A stretch of DNA of 37,843 nt, taken from the IMG/VR virus record IMGVR_UViG_3300017648_000010, positions 1 through 37,843 of that record, one strand, 5' to 3'. This DNA comes from a virus (taxonomy: Duplodnaviria > Caudoviricetes). Below the pieces are notes generated by a model. It saw nothing but the letters and a program-made list of their open reading frames with translations, was not told the DNA's origin and made no database searches. Of the stretch, positions 1 to 9,491 are shown piece by piece (position 1 is the first letter of the stretch; the number at the start of each line of letters is the position of its first letter). Both the position numbers and the translations under genes were made by a program.

Positions 1-49
1 CCTTTTTTCGCACAAACCAAAAAATTTGAAATTCGGTGAGGTGAGAAAT

Positions 50-397
50 ATTCCAGAAAAAAAGGACGTTTACCGGAATGAAGTCACGAGATTGCAGGAG
101 ATCTTCCAAAAGGTCGACCCGGAAAAAGCGGCTCTTGTGGATGGACTTATTCATGACGCGGCCTTTTTGAAAGCAGAGAATTACGAGTTGCGCAACCGCA
201 TGGAAGGAACCGGAATGGTTGAATTCCATCCTACGAATCCACGGCTCCAGCGGACGGTAGAAGCTGCAAAGCAGTACCTGAAAAACGTGAATGCATATGC
301 GGTAATCGTCAAAACGCTGAATGGCGTTCTGATGAAGGACGTGATTGAGGATGAAGACGAATTTGACAAATTCCTCCGCGAACGTCAGGCGGAGTAA
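50..397 (+). CDS. terS: Terminase small subunit (P27-like)
   Basis: Directly upstream of and overlapping terL; helical ~116 aa protein with 'VEFHPTNPRLQR..EAAKQYLKNVNAY' typical of P27-type TerS. SD GAGGTG (38-43) favours an in-frame ATT start at 50; the ORF track gives TTG at 26. Confidence 0.75.
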   Translation: MPEKKDVYRNEVTRLQEIFQKVDPEKAALVDGLIHDAAFLKAENYELRNRMEGTGMVEFHPTNPRLQRTVEAAKQYLKNVNAYAVIVKTLNGVLMKDVIEDEDEFDKFLRERQAE

Positions 398-2078
398 CTA
401 CCTCCTGCAATACAAGGCTGCCATTGATCGCGGGGAGATCGTAGCCGGCCGGGAAATGATTCAACTCTTGGAGAATTTGATCGAGGATTTGGACAACCCG
501 GACTATATTTACGATACTTCGGATGCGGATTTTCGAATCGAATTTATCGAAAACTTCTGCAAGCATACGAAAAGCCCATTTTACGGCATGCCTTTTATCT
601 TGGAGTTATGGGAAAAGGCGTTCATTGAAGTGTTCTACAGCTTCAAGTGGTCGGACGATGGATACCGCAAATATTACGAAGAAGACCCGCCGAAGCCGAA
701 GCTTCGCCGGTTTAAAAAGTCGATACTGTTGATCGCCCGGAAAAATGGGAAGTCGACTTTATGCGCGGCCATATGCTTGACCGAACTCATGGTCGGTACT
801 GGCGGAAATGACATTGTCTGTTCATCCAATGATGATAGCCAAGCCGATTTAATTTTCGGCGAGGTCAACAACATGCGAGAACAGTTTGATCCGAAAGGCA
901 AGCGGACGCACAAGAATCTGCGCGGCATTTACAATCTGAAAAACAAAAGTCGCCTCTTTAAGATCTCCGACAAAACCCGGAATAAAGAGGGCCGCAACAT
1001 CGACGGAGCCATCTTGGACGAATCGCATGAGATGAAGGACAACGTCATTGCGAAATCGATTGACCAGTCTCAGTCTACCAAAGACGAGCCGTGGTTCATT
1101 AATATCACGACAGAGGGATTCGTCAACGACGGATATTTGGACCAGGAGCTAAAGTATGCACGGCAGGTACTTGCCAGGGAGACTGACGACGCTACGCTGC
1201 TGCCGTGGCTGTATTCGCAGGACAGCGAGCAGGAAATATGGCAGGATCCAAGGAGCTGGCAGAAATCCAACCCCAGCCTTGGCGCGATTAAAAAAGTCAA
1301 ATACATCAAGGACCAGATCCGCAAGGCCCAGCGCGACAAGGCCGAGCGGGTTTTTATGTTGTCCAAAGACTTCAACATCAAATCGAACAATGCCGCGGCC
1401 TGGCTGCTTGCAGAGGAAATCAAGAATGAAGAAACATTCGATCTTGAACTCTTCCGCGGCGCTTTCGCGATCGGCGGCGTCGACCTTTCGAAGTCTGGAG
1501 ACCTTGCCTGCGCGCGGCTTCTCTTTCTCCGAAACGGGAAAAAGTTCACGCATTCCCACTATTTCATTCCTGAATCCAAGTTATCGCAGCTGCCGCGCGA
1601 AGACCTGCCGAAGTTCCAGGAATGGATCAGGAAAGGGCGGATCACCATTAGCGACGGTAACGAAAATGATTTTCGCCATGTAACCGCCTGGTTTGTTCGA
1701 ATGGTCAAAGATCACGGGATCAAGGTATATAAGGTCGGTTACGACAAATGGTCTGCGGTGTACTGGGTGAAGGAAATGGAGGAAACGGGATTTGATATGG
1801 TCCGAGTCGTTCAGGACTGGGCTCCAATGAGTGAGCCGATGAAATTGGTTGAAGCCGATTTGCGGAGCAAACTGCTGGTCTACAATGACGATCCGCTCGA
1901 CCGCTGGTGTCTTGAAAATACATCGATCGCAGTCAATAACAAGCTGGAGCAAATGCCGGTGAAAATTCAAGGAAAAGACGACAAGAAAATCGACGGCGCG
2001 GTAACTATGATCATTTGTTATCGGGTCTACATGGACAATCGCAGCGAATTTATTGAGCTGGCAAAGAGAGGAGCGTAA
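345..2078 (+). CDS. terL: Terminase large subunit
   Basis: Walker A 'IARKNGKS', Walker B 'ILDESHE', coupling motif 'ITTEG', nuclease 'GVDLS' and 'KIDGAV'; 577 aa Terminase_1-type layout. Confidence 0.95.
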   Translation: MRMKTNLTNSSANVRRSNYLLQYKAAIDRGEIVAGREMIQLLENLIEDLDNPDYIYDTSDADFRIEFIENFCKHTKSPFYGMPFILELWEKAFIEVFYSFKWSDDGYRKYYEEDPPKPKLRRFKKSILLIARKNGKSTLCAAICLTELMVGTGGNDIVCSSNDDSQADLIFGEVNNMREQFDPKGKRTHKNLRGIYNLKNKSRLFKISDKTRNKEGRNIDGAILDESHEMKDNVIAKSIDQSQSTKDEPWFINITTEGFVNDGYLDQELKYARQVLARETDDATLLPWLYSQDSEQEIWQDPRSWQKSNPSLGAIKKVKYIKDQIRKAQRDKAERVFMLSKDFNIKSNNAAAWLLAEEIKNEETFDLELFRGAFAIGGVDLSKSGDLACARLLFLRNGKKFTHSHYFIPESKLSQLPREDLPKFQEWIRKGRITISDGNENDFRHVTAWFVRMVKDHGIKVYKVGYDKWSAVYWVKEMEETGFDMVRVVQDWAPMSEPMKLVEADLRSKLLVYNDDPLDRWCLENTSIAVNNKLEQMPVKIQGKDDKKIDGAVTMIICYRVYMDNRSEFIELAKRGA

Positions 2079-2082
2079 CCGC

Positions 2083-3333
2083 GTGGCCTTACTGGATATT
2101 TTTAAACGGGCTGCGGCCGCGAAGAGAGAAGCGAGGCATCTTAGAATGATGAACGGTATGCTGCCGGTGTTCAGCCAGTTTGGGCAGAACATCTACGCAT
2201 CCGATATCGTGCAGGAATGCATCGATGTAATCGCGAGCGAGATAAGCAAGCTGCTGCCGCGGCACATTCGAACGACCTCAAGCGGGTTGCAGGAGACACC
2301 GCGCGGAAATATCAATCGTCTGTTCCGATTTGCGCCGAATCCGCTCATGACTGTGAGCGAGTTCCTGGAAAAAATGACATGGCTGCTGATGATGAATTAC
2401 AACGCTTTTGTCATCCCGATCTTTGATTCGGATTATTCCAGCGGCGTGGAAAGACGCATCTATCGCGCTTTCTATCCCATCAACCCAAGTCGTGTGGAAT
2501 TTCTGCAAGATCCTGCGGAAGAGCTGCTGATTCGCTTTTATTTTGAATCTGGAGCGAACTTCACGTTTCGTTATGCTGATGTCATCCATATTCGAAAGAA
2601 ATATTCCGTAAACGAGCTGATGGGTGGCGGCGCGAGCGGGCAGCCCGATAATTCGGCACTCCTGAAGAAGCTGCAAATCAATCATTCCATCATGCAGGGA
2701 CTCGATCGGGCGGTTAAAATCAATGCTGCCATCCAAGCGATTGTCAAAATTAACACGCTCACAGATGAAGCCGGGCAGCGAGCGGAGCGGGAGAGGTTCG
2801 AGAGGCTGATAGCATCCGGCGAAAGCGGCATTCTTCCGGTTGATCTTAGGGGGGAATACGTTCCGATCGACAAGAGCGCCGTAAGGTTCATCGACAAGGA
2901 CACGCTTGCTTTTCTTGAAAGCTCGATATTGAACTGGTTCGGCGTTTCTCTCCCGATCCTGACCGGTGACTATACGGACGAACAGTACCAAGCGTTCTAC
3001 GAGAAAACTCTTGAGCCGCTCGTTATCCGGTTCGGACAGACGTTCTCCAAAACGATATTCACGGATCGCGAACTGGATGTCGGAAACGAAATCGTGTTTT
3101 ATCAACGCGACATGAATTACCTGAGTACGAATGCAAAGCTCCTCCTGCTGAAAACGGCTGGCGAGCAAGGTCTTCTCTCAGACAATCAGAAGCTGGCACT
3201 GCTCGGCTATCCTCCTGTCGAAGGCGGCGACCGCCGAACGCAATCGCTTAATTATATCGATGTGAATCTGGTCAACAGGTACCAGCTTCAGGAAAAATCC
3301 AAAAAGGCGGTGAAGGAAGAAGATGAAGAGTAA
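2083..3333 (+). CDS. Portal protein (HK97 family)
   Basis: Follows terL; 'PNPLMT..EFLEK', 'DVIHIR', 'FGVS..IL' motifs; GTG start at 2083 after SD GAGGAG. Confidence 0.92.
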   Translation: MALLDIFKRAAAAKREARHLRMMNGMLPVFSQFGQNIYASDIVQECIDVIASEISKLLPRHIRTTSSGLQETPRGNINRLFRFAPNPLMTVSEFLEKMTWLLMMNYNAFVIPIFDSDYSSGVERRIYRAFYPINPSRVEFLQDPAEELLIRFYFESGANFTFRYADVIHIRKKYSVNELMGGGASGQPDNSALLKKLQINHSIMQGLDRAVKINAAIQAIVKINTLTDEAGQRAERERFERLIASGESGILPVDLRGEYVPIDKSAVRFIDKDTLAFLESSILNWFGVSLPILTGDYTDEQYQAFYEKTLEPLVIRFGQTFSKTIFTDRELDVGNEIVFYQRDMNYLSTNAKLLLLKTAGEQGLLSDNQKLALLGYPPVEGGDRRTQSLNYIDVNLVNRYQLQEKSKKAVKEEDEE

Positions 3334-3958
3334 GCTGCCGGAACTGATGACGCGGGAAAAGCGCTCGTTCGTTTATCCCGATTTAAGGGCGGAGTCCGAG
3401 GGCGGGATCATTCAGGGGCATGCGGCGGTGTTTGGTGAACGAACCAACATTGGAGGATGGTTTGAGGAGATTATCGAGAGATCCGCATTCGACAATACGG
3501 ATTTCCGTGATGTCGTCTTGACCGTCAACCACAACCTGCAGAGCATACCGCTTGCCCGCAGCCGAAACAACAACGCGAATTCCACGCTGCAGCTTTCGGT
3601 TGACGATAAAGGCTTGTTTACGAAGGCCGTACTGGACACCGAGAATAACACCGAGGCAAGGGCGCTGCATTCGTCGGTTGCCCGTCAGGACATCAATGGG
3701 ATGTCCTTTATTTTTTTCATCCGAGATGCGAAGTGGGAAAACCTCGACAGCGATTTGCCGCTGCGTCGCATTCTGGACATTGCAAGGGTTATTGAGGTTT
3801 CTGCGGTATCCTTCCCGGCTTATGGCGGGACTGATATAAATGCTCGTGACGAGCAGGCGCTGGAGAGCGCCCTCGCCGCACTGGAGAGTGCGCGATCCGA
3901 ACTGGCGAGTTCGAATAGCGAGCTTGAGTTAATCAAAGCAAAATTAAAACTACTTTAA
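3323..3958 (+). CDS. HK97-family prohead protease
   Basis: 'IQGHAAVF', 'NHN', 'GMSFIF', 'EVSAVSFPAY' motifs; lies between portal and capsid. Confidence 0.93.
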   Translation: MKSKLPELMTREKRSFVYPDLRAESEGGIIQGHAAVFGERTNIGGWFEEIIERSAFDNTDFRDVVLTVNHNLQSIPLARSRNNNANSTLQLSVDDKGLFTKAVLDTENNTEARALHSSVARQDINGMSFIFFIRDAKWENLDSDLPLRRILDIARVIEVSAVSFPAYGGTDINARDEQALESALAALESARSELASSNSELELIKAKLKLL

Positions 3959-3976
3959 TCCGGAGGCGATCGATCA

Positions 3977-5278
3977 ATGAAAGACTGGCTGAAGAAGTTA
4001 CTGAAAAAGAAAGAAGAAGCACGTGCAGCTCTGCAAGATAAGGGCGATAAGAGCGATAAGATTGAGGAAGTTCGCTCGATCATCGCACAAGTGAAAGACC
4101 TCGATCAAGAAATCGCCGAGCTGCGATCGCAAATCGATTCGCTGCCGGACGAGCCTATCGCCGGTGGTGCAACGCAACCAGCGGAAGGCCGCGGGCAACA
4201 GCCTGGATCGAGTTCGGGTGCAGGTGTTCCGCCCGTAGTTGCGGCATCCTTCGGGCTTGGCCAGCCGGATCAACGTCAAGCCGATCCGGTCGATAAGTTT
4301 TCGACGCTCGAATACCGGAAAGCGTTTATGCACTTCGCCAAGACAGGTGAAATGCAGCCTGAAATGCGCAGCGTAATGGCAGAGTTCCGGGCCAATGCGA
4401 TGACTACAGTATCGGATGTTTCTGCCGTGGTTCCGACGACAATTTTGAATGAAGTCATCAAAAAAATGACCGTGTACGGTCAGGTATTCAGCCGCGTACG
4501 CAAGCTTAATATTCGCGGCGGCGTGGATATCCCGATTCTATCTCTGAAACCCGTTGCCACCTGGATCGGCGAAACACCGACATCGGACAAGCAAAAAGTG
4601 CAGGCCAACACCAAAGTTTCTTTCAGCTACTATGGGTTGGAATGCAAAGTGTCGATTTCGCTTCTCGCCGATACCGTTACGCTGGAAGGCTTCGAGAGCG
4701 TCATTATCGATCTGATCGTCGAAGCCATGGTTAAGGCGGTTGAGTTGGCTGTAGTTAAAGGCGACGGCGTAGGAAAGCCGAAAGGCATCACGGTCGATAA
4801 CCGCGTGCCTGCGGCACAGGTCGTGTCGATGACACCTGCAGAGTTTGCCGATTGGGAACAGTGGGCGAAAAAGGTTTTTGCGAAGATGCCCCTCGCCTAT
4901 AAAGCAGGAGCTACATTCCTGATGGCTTCCGGAACGTTTGAAGGGTATATCAACGGCATGGTCGATGCCAACGGCCAGCCGATCGGCCGTGTAAACTACG
5001 GAATAACGGACGGCCCGCAGGGACGTTTTGGCGGAAAAGAGGTCATTGAGGTGGAGGATGACGTCATCACGCCATATGCGGATGCAGCGACGAACGATGT
5101 TGTAGCAATCCTCTGCAATCTGAGCAACTATGGATTCAACAGCAACATGTCGATGACCATGTTCCGCTATTTTGACCACGATACAAACGAATATGTCGAT
5201 AAGGCGATTCTGATCGGCGACGGGAAGCTGATCGATCCGAACGGAGTCGTCATCATCAAGAAGGGCGCAGCAGTCTAG
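3977..5278 (+). CDS. Major capsid protein (HK97 fold, N-terminal coiled-coil delta domain)
   Basis: Coiled-coil N-terminus, 'VVPTTILNEVI', 'ATWIGE', 'GDGVGKPKGI'; position after the protease. Confidence 0.93.
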   Translation: MKDWLKKLLKKKEEARAALQDKGDKSDKIEEVRSIIAQVKDLDQEIAELRSQIDSLPDEPIAGGATQPAEGRGQQPGSSSGAGVPPVVAASFGLGQPDQRQADPVDKFSTLEYRKAFMHFAKTGEMQPEMRSVMAEFRANAMTTVSDVSAVVPTTILNEVIKKMTVYGQVFSRVRKLNIRGGVDIPILSLKPVATWIGETPTSDKQKVQANTKVSFSYYGLECKVSISLLADTVTLEGFESVIIDLIVEAMVKAVELAVVKGDGVGKPKGITVDNRVPAAQVVSMTPAEFADWEQWAKKVFAKMPLAYKAGATFLMASGTFEGYINGMVDANGQPIGRVNYGITDGPQGRFGGKEVIEVEDDVITPYADAATNDVVAILCNLSNYGFNSNMSMTMFRYFDHDTNEYVDKAILIGDGKLIDPNGVVIIKKGAAV

Positions 5279-5320
5279 TAACGGCGGGGCCGATCAGGCC
5301 CCCTCAGAAAGGGTGGTTCG

Positions 5321-5617
5321 ATGACCAGGGCAAAGGCAAAGCAGGTTGAAGGCGCCAAGCTTATCAACCAAGCAGGCGAAACGGTTCTGCTGTTCAAATG
5401 TACGGTACCTCTGAACGAAGAGGAACATGAAATCCTTGCAAATAAGGTGCGAATGGAGCAGGAGCACAGCGGCATCAAGATTATTCTTGTACCTTATAGC
5501 GTTGATCCGACTGTAACCGAACAAGCAATCGAGCCGGCAGAAGCGGTGGCGACACAGGACAGCAAAGGGCATGGCCCGAACAGTGATCCTGATCTGGCCG
5601 GTGAGGGAAATGCCTGA
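5321..5617 (+). CDS. Hypothetical protein (head module)
   Basis: 98 aa ORF with SD (GGGTGG); its stop overlaps the next gene's start. Confidence 0.6.
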   Translation: MTRAKAKQVEGAKLINQAGETVLLFKCTVPLNEEEHEILANKVRMEQEHSGIKIILVPYSVDPTVTEQAIEPAEAVATQDSKGHGPNSDPDLAGEGNA

Positions 5618-5897
5618 ACTGCTGGAAGCATGCAAGAGTGGGCTTAATATTCCTTTATCCAGCACGGCATTTGACGCCGTCCTGACGCAGAAGCTGCTGG
5701 CCGTGAAGGGATACATGAAGGGAGCCGGCGTTTCAGACGAAATGCTGTCCAGCGACTTGGCGATCGGAGTGATCGTCATGGGGGTCTGCGATATTTGGAA
5801 TATTAACAGCGGGGAAACGAAATTTTCCCCGGTGTTCCATACGCTATTGACGCAGCTTATGGTATCCAGCCTGCCGAAAGAAGGTTCTGGCTCATGA
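5610..5897 (+). CDS. Head-tail connector (gp6/gp15-like)
   Basis: 'LLEACKSGL...FDAVL..K..AVKGYMKGAGV' pattern; ATG 5610 after GAGGG; synteny. Confidence 0.75.
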   Translation: MPELLEACKSGLNIPLSSTAFDAVLTQKLLAVKGYMKGAGVSDEMLSSDLAIGVIVMGVCDIWNINSGETKFSPVFHTLLTQLMVSSLPKEGSGS

Positions 5898-6523
5898 GGT
5901 TATCAGAGGTCGTGCATCTCGTCGGGCTCATATATGTCAGTTCTTCTATTACCGGGATTGATACGATCATTGAGGGAGAGCCTAGGGAATCACTTGCCGA
6001 AAAGAGATCAATTCGACAGTCCGAATTTTATGAAGCCATTGGAAACGCACTCCGGCCGACCGCGACATTCGTTATTTGGGTCGATGAATATCGGGGGGAA
6101 CCCCGTCTCATCCATGATGGCATCACCTACGAGATCATTCGGACCTTTGAAATAAAAAATCGGAAATTGGAACTGGTATGCCAATCTCTTGATGATGTGC
6201 AGACAAACCTTTCACGTCTTCGTGACACGGTCGAGATCTGGCATATCGCGCTCACAGAAAACAGCATGGGCGAGGTTTCGCCGGCTGCGGAGCGGCTCTA
6301 TACGGTGCCGGCCCAAGTTCAGTACAAGGGCGGCGGAACAACCGGCACGGAGGACGCGATCGAGACGATTAACGACCTGACCGTCATCATTCGCTATAAG
6401 GAGGGCATCACGCCGGACATGTTCCTGATGATCGATGGCGTGCGGCATGATATCCGCTACATCGAAGATCCATATAACCGGCATGAAACGCTCGTTCTGC
6501 AGGTGGAAAGGGTGACTCTGTAA
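5894..6523 (+). CDS. Head closure/head-tail adaptor, apparently two tandem domains
   Basis: N-half 'SIRQSEFYEA...YEIIRTF...LELVC'; C-half 'LRDTVEI...NSMGE...IRY..GITPDM....DG..HDIRYIEDP'. Each half resembles an SPP1 gp16-like domain. Confidence 0.75.
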   Translation: MRLSEVVHLVGLIYVSSSITGIDTIIEGEPRESLAEKRSIRQSEFYEAIGNALRPTATFVIWVDEYRGEPRLIHDGITYEIIRTFEIKNRKLELVCQSLDDVQTNLSRLRDTVEIWHIALTENSMGEVSPAAERLYTVPAQVQYKGGGTTGTEDAIETINDLTVIIRYKEGITPDMFLMIDGVRHDIRYIEDPYNRHETLVLQVERVTL

Positions 6524-6951
6524 TGCTGACACGTGCCCAGCTCAATAAAGCGGTGAACGACCGGTTAAAAGCGGAATTCCCGGCTATTCCGATTCAAAGC
6601 AGCGATGTGGAAGAAGGCTTTCAGCGGCCTTCTTTTTTCGTTCAAATCGAAACAAACCGGACAGAGGATTTCCATCGTTATGTTTTCCGGGAGATGACCT
6701 GCCGCATTCTTTATTTCCCGCGGGACCGCCACCTCATGAAGGAGGAAGCCTACGATGTACAGGACCGGCTGGAGAAGCTGTTTGGCCTGAACATCGGCGT
6801 AAACGGGAGGACGCTCACGATTAACGGTGCGGAGACGGTGGTCGTCGATAAAGTGGTCCATTACGATTTCGATTTCAACTTCTACGACGAGCCTGCGGAT
6901 TCCTCCGGTGATGTGGGGGAACCGATGGAGGAGCTGAATTACGGTGGCTGA
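6523..6951 (+). CDS. Putative tail terminator/completion protein
   Basis: 'DVEEGFQRPSFFVQ' motif typical of Bacillota myophage neck proteins; synteny. Confidence 0.65.
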   Translation: MLTRAQLNKAVNDRLKAEFPAIPIQSSDVEEGFQRPSFFVQIETNRTEDFHRYVFREMTCRILYFPRDRHLMKEEAYDVQDRLEKLFGLNIGVNGRTLTINGAETVVVDKVVHYDFDFNFYDEPADSSGDVGEPMEELNYGG

Positions 6952-7360
6952 CTTTGACATTGATATGCGGCAGCTGGAGATATTTGCGCAGGAGCTGGAG
7001 GACTTGGAAAGGCAATTCCCCAAGGAGGCCAGGCAGATCATGCTTCGATCTGGTATCAAGGCGAAGGCCATCGTTATGAAGAAGGCGCGGCAGTTGGTAC
7101 GCAAGAAAACGGGGACGTATTTAAAGTCGATCAAGCGCGGTAAAGTCTGGACCGAAGAGGGCTCATATAGGGTCAGGGTGTATACGGGTGTACCGCATGG
7201 ACATTTGATCGAATACGGCCACCGAATCGTAGATAAGTCGGGGAACGAACACGGATTCAAGGAAGGGTATCATGTGTTCGATCGTGCAGAAAAAGAGATT
7301 GAACATCAATGGACCGAGATTCTTGCAGGCGAGTTTGACCGGATCATGAAGAAAATATGA
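6944..7360 (+). CDS. HK97 gp10-like neck protein
   Basis: 'KKTGTYLKSI', 'PHGHLIEYGHR', 'G.HVF' motifs. Confidence 0.8.
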   Translation: MADFDIDMRQLEIFAQELEDLERQFPKEARQIMLRSGIKAKAIVMKKARQLVRKKTGTYLKSIKRGKVWTEEGSYRVRVYTGVPHGHLIEYGHRIVDKSGNEHGFKEGYHVFDRAEKEIEHQWTEILAGEFDRIMKKI

Positions 7361-7373
7361 AAGGGTTGATGGT

Positions 7374-8426
7374 ATGGGCTTGCCCCAAATTAACATCAGT
7401 TTCTCCTCACTGGCATCGTCGGCCATTGTCCGCAGCAGCCGCGGCATTGTCGCGCTCATTTTGAAAGACGACACGGGCGCGTTTGACACCAAAGAATACC
7501 GGTCCATCGCGGAAGTAGAAGCGGCCGACTGGACGGCGGCCAATCTGGCGTTTATTAAGCAGGCGTTTCTCGGCGTACCGTCCAAGGTGATTATCGAACG
7601 GCTGGATGCCGATGCGACAAGCTATAACGCGGCACTGCTGCGGCTGGGCGGAAAACGTTGGAACTACCTTGCTGTGCCCGGTATTCAAACGGCTGATGTT
7701 GAAACGATTGCCACGCAGGTGAAGACATGGCGCAGCAGCAAGAAACCGTTCAAGGTTGTGCTGCCCGACAGTACATCCGATCATGAGGGCATTATCAATT
7801 TCGCAACGAGCGGAATCGTCGTCGGTGGGACCACTTACAGCGCTGCCGATTACGCGGCGCGGATTGCCGGCATCTTGGCTGGCCTGCCGCTGACACGCAG
7901 CGCGACGTATTACGAGCTGCCGGAGGTGGAGGCGATCACGGAAAGTGCGGATCCGGATGCCGACATTGACGACGGGAAACTCATTCTGATTAACGATGAC
8001 GGGAAGATCAAGATCGGCCGCGGCGTAAATTCGCTGACGACGCTCACATCGGGCAAACGAGCGGACTTCAAGAAGATCAAGATCATTGAAGGGCATGACC
8101 TGGTGCAGGAAGACATTACGCGAACGTTTAATGATGAGTATGTCGGCAAAGTGAATAACAGCTACGATAACCAGGTTCTCTTCATCACATCCATTAACGC
8201 GTATTTGCGCGGGCTTGCCGGAGACGTTCTCGATCCGTCCAGCGATAACGTTGTCGGGGTGGATGTGGCCGCACAGCGCCAGGCATGGGAAGATATCGGG
8301 ACGGATACGAGCGAGTGGGATGATCAGAAGGTCAAGGAAACGAGTTTCCAATCGAAAGTATTCTTATCCGGTACGCTCAAGTTTCTCGATGCCGTGGAGG
8401 ACTTGGAATTTAAAATTTCTGTGTAA
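7374..8426 (+). CDS. xkdK: Tail sheath protein (XkdK-like)
   Basis: 'MGLPQINISF...RGIVALILKD', 'ARIAGILAG', 'KIGRGVNSLTT', 'KKIKIIE' motifs. Confidence 0.92.
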   Translation: MGLPQINISFSSLASSAIVRSSRGIVALILKDDTGAFDTKEYRSIAEVEAADWTAANLAFIKQAFLGVPSKVIIERLDADATSYNAALLRLGGKRWNYLAVPGIQTADVETIATQVKTWRSSKKPFKVVLPDSTSDHEGIINFATSGIVVGGTTYSAADYAARIAGILAGLPLTRSATYYELPEVEAITESADPDADIDDGKLILINDDGKIKIGRGVNSLTTLTSGKRADFKKIKIIEGHDLVQEDITRTFNDEYVGKVNNSYDNQVLFITSINAYLRGLAGDVLDPSSDNVVGVDVAAQRQAWEDIGTDTSEWDDQKVKETSFQSKVFLSGTLKFLDAVEDLEFKISV

Positions 8427-8441
8427 AGGCAGGCGGTTTGG

Positions 8442-8870
8442 GTGAAAGCCAGTAACGTCATTAACGGCACCTATGGCCGGGTTTGGGTCGACGGTGAATT
8501 GTGGGCAGAGGTGGACAGCTTCGAAGCCAAAGTCACGGTGACATATGAAGACGTGAATTTCGCTGGGGACGGTGCTACTCATAAGAAGGGCACCGGTTGG
8601 ACGGGTGAAGGCAGCATGACGATCAAAAAGATTTACTCCCGTGTTCAGCGGGCGATGGCGGATAACGTCCGCAAAGGGATGTATCCGCGCCTTGAAATCG
8701 TCGGCAAGGTGCAAGACCCCGATGCATTCGGCGCGGAGCGAGTTGCGCTGCATGATGTCACGGTCAATGAATTCATGTTGATGAAGTTCGAACAAAAGAC
8801 GATTGGCAACGAAGAAATCCCTTTTGCGTTCAGCGATTACGAAATGATCGATACCATTGCACCGCAATAA
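8442..8870 (+). CDS. xkdM: Tail tube protein (XkdM-like)
   Basis: 'VINGTYGRVWVDGE', 'DPDAFGAERV', 'EEIPFAFSDY'; follows the sheath gene. Confidence 0.9.
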   Translation: MKASNVINGTYGRVWVDGELWAEVDSFEAKVTVTYEDVNFAGDGATHKKGTGWTGEGSMTIKKIYSRVQRAMADNVRKGMYPRLEIVGKVQDPDAFGAERVALHDVTVNEFMLMKFEQKTIGNEEIPFAFSDYEMIDTIAPQ

Positions 8871-8902
8871 ATAACACATCACAAAACGGAGGATGAACAA
8901 AC

Positions 8903-9295
8903 ATGAGCAGTAAAAAATTAACGGTCGCAGACCTGATTGCGCAAAAAGATCAGCTGAAAAATAAAAAGCAGCGGACGCAGCCGCTTTTTGTGGAATCGCT
9001 GGATTCGGAGATTGTCATTCGAGAGCCGGACCCGGCCGTCGCGATTGAAGCGGTTGAAATGGCGCAGGACCCGGAGAAAAGCAGTCTGGCGGACGCGTAT
9101 GTCGTTTACCATACGGTGGTCGAACCGAACTTGAAGGACGGCGAGCTGCAAAAAGCGTACGGCTGCGCCGAGCCGACGGATATCGTCAAGTACATCTTCC
9201 GGCCCGGCGAAATTACGGCCATTAGCGGCCATGCGCTGCAGCTCGCGGGATACGGCAGCGGCGTAAGAAAGATCAACCAGGATTTAAAAAACTGA
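8903..9295 (+). CDS. xkdN: Tail assembly chaperone (XkdN-like)
   Basis: 'EPNLKDGELQKAYGC.EP.DIV..IF.PGEI' motif; ends in slippery TTTAAAAAAC before the tape measure gene. Confidence 0.88.
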   Translation: MSSKKLTVADLIAQKDQLKNKKQRTQPLFVESLDSEIVIREPDPAVAIEAVEMAQDPEKSSLADAYVVYHTVVEPNLKDGELQKAYGCAEPTDIVKYIFRPGEITAISGHALQLAGYGSGVRKINQDLKN

Positions 9296-9453
9296 TCCAG
9301 TCCGACAGTGATCTGTACATGCTTCATCACTATGTGCAGCGGGGACACTCACTGTCGGACTTGCTGAGTTTGGATGCCGCGTCGAATCACTTTATGAAAG
9401 TGTCGATGCTGCTGTATTACGAAGAGGAAGCCAAGCGGGCGAGGAGCGAATAA
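9292..9453 (+). CDS. -1 frameshift extension of the tail chaperone (gpGT-like)
   Basis: The -1 frame is open from the slippery site: LIQSDSDLYMLHHYVQRGHSLSDLLSLDAASNHFMKVSMLLYYEEEAKRARSE* (TAA 9451-9453). Confidence 0.8.
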   Translation: MIQSDSDLYMLHHYVQRGHSLSDLLSLDAASNHFMKVSMLLYYEEEAKRARSE

Positions 9454-9468
9454 CGCTCCTCTTTTTTT
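9441..9468 (+). terminator. Intrinsic terminator upstream of the tape measure gene
   Basis: GAGGAGCG-aataa-CGCTCCTC followed by T7. Confidence 0.75.
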
Positions 9469-9491
9469 GCTGAAGGGCAGGTGGTACGAAG

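Noticed and set aside
2278-3168. Long antisense ORFs (also 7407-8351, 11859-12623, 6565-7260, 13765-14439)
   Set aside because: They shadow well-supported structural genes on the opposite strand and have no recognisable motifs.
5286-5303. GGGGCC-gatca-GGCCCC hairpin after the capsid gene as a terminator
   Set aside because: No following U-tract; more likely an mRNA-stabilising or pause hairpin.
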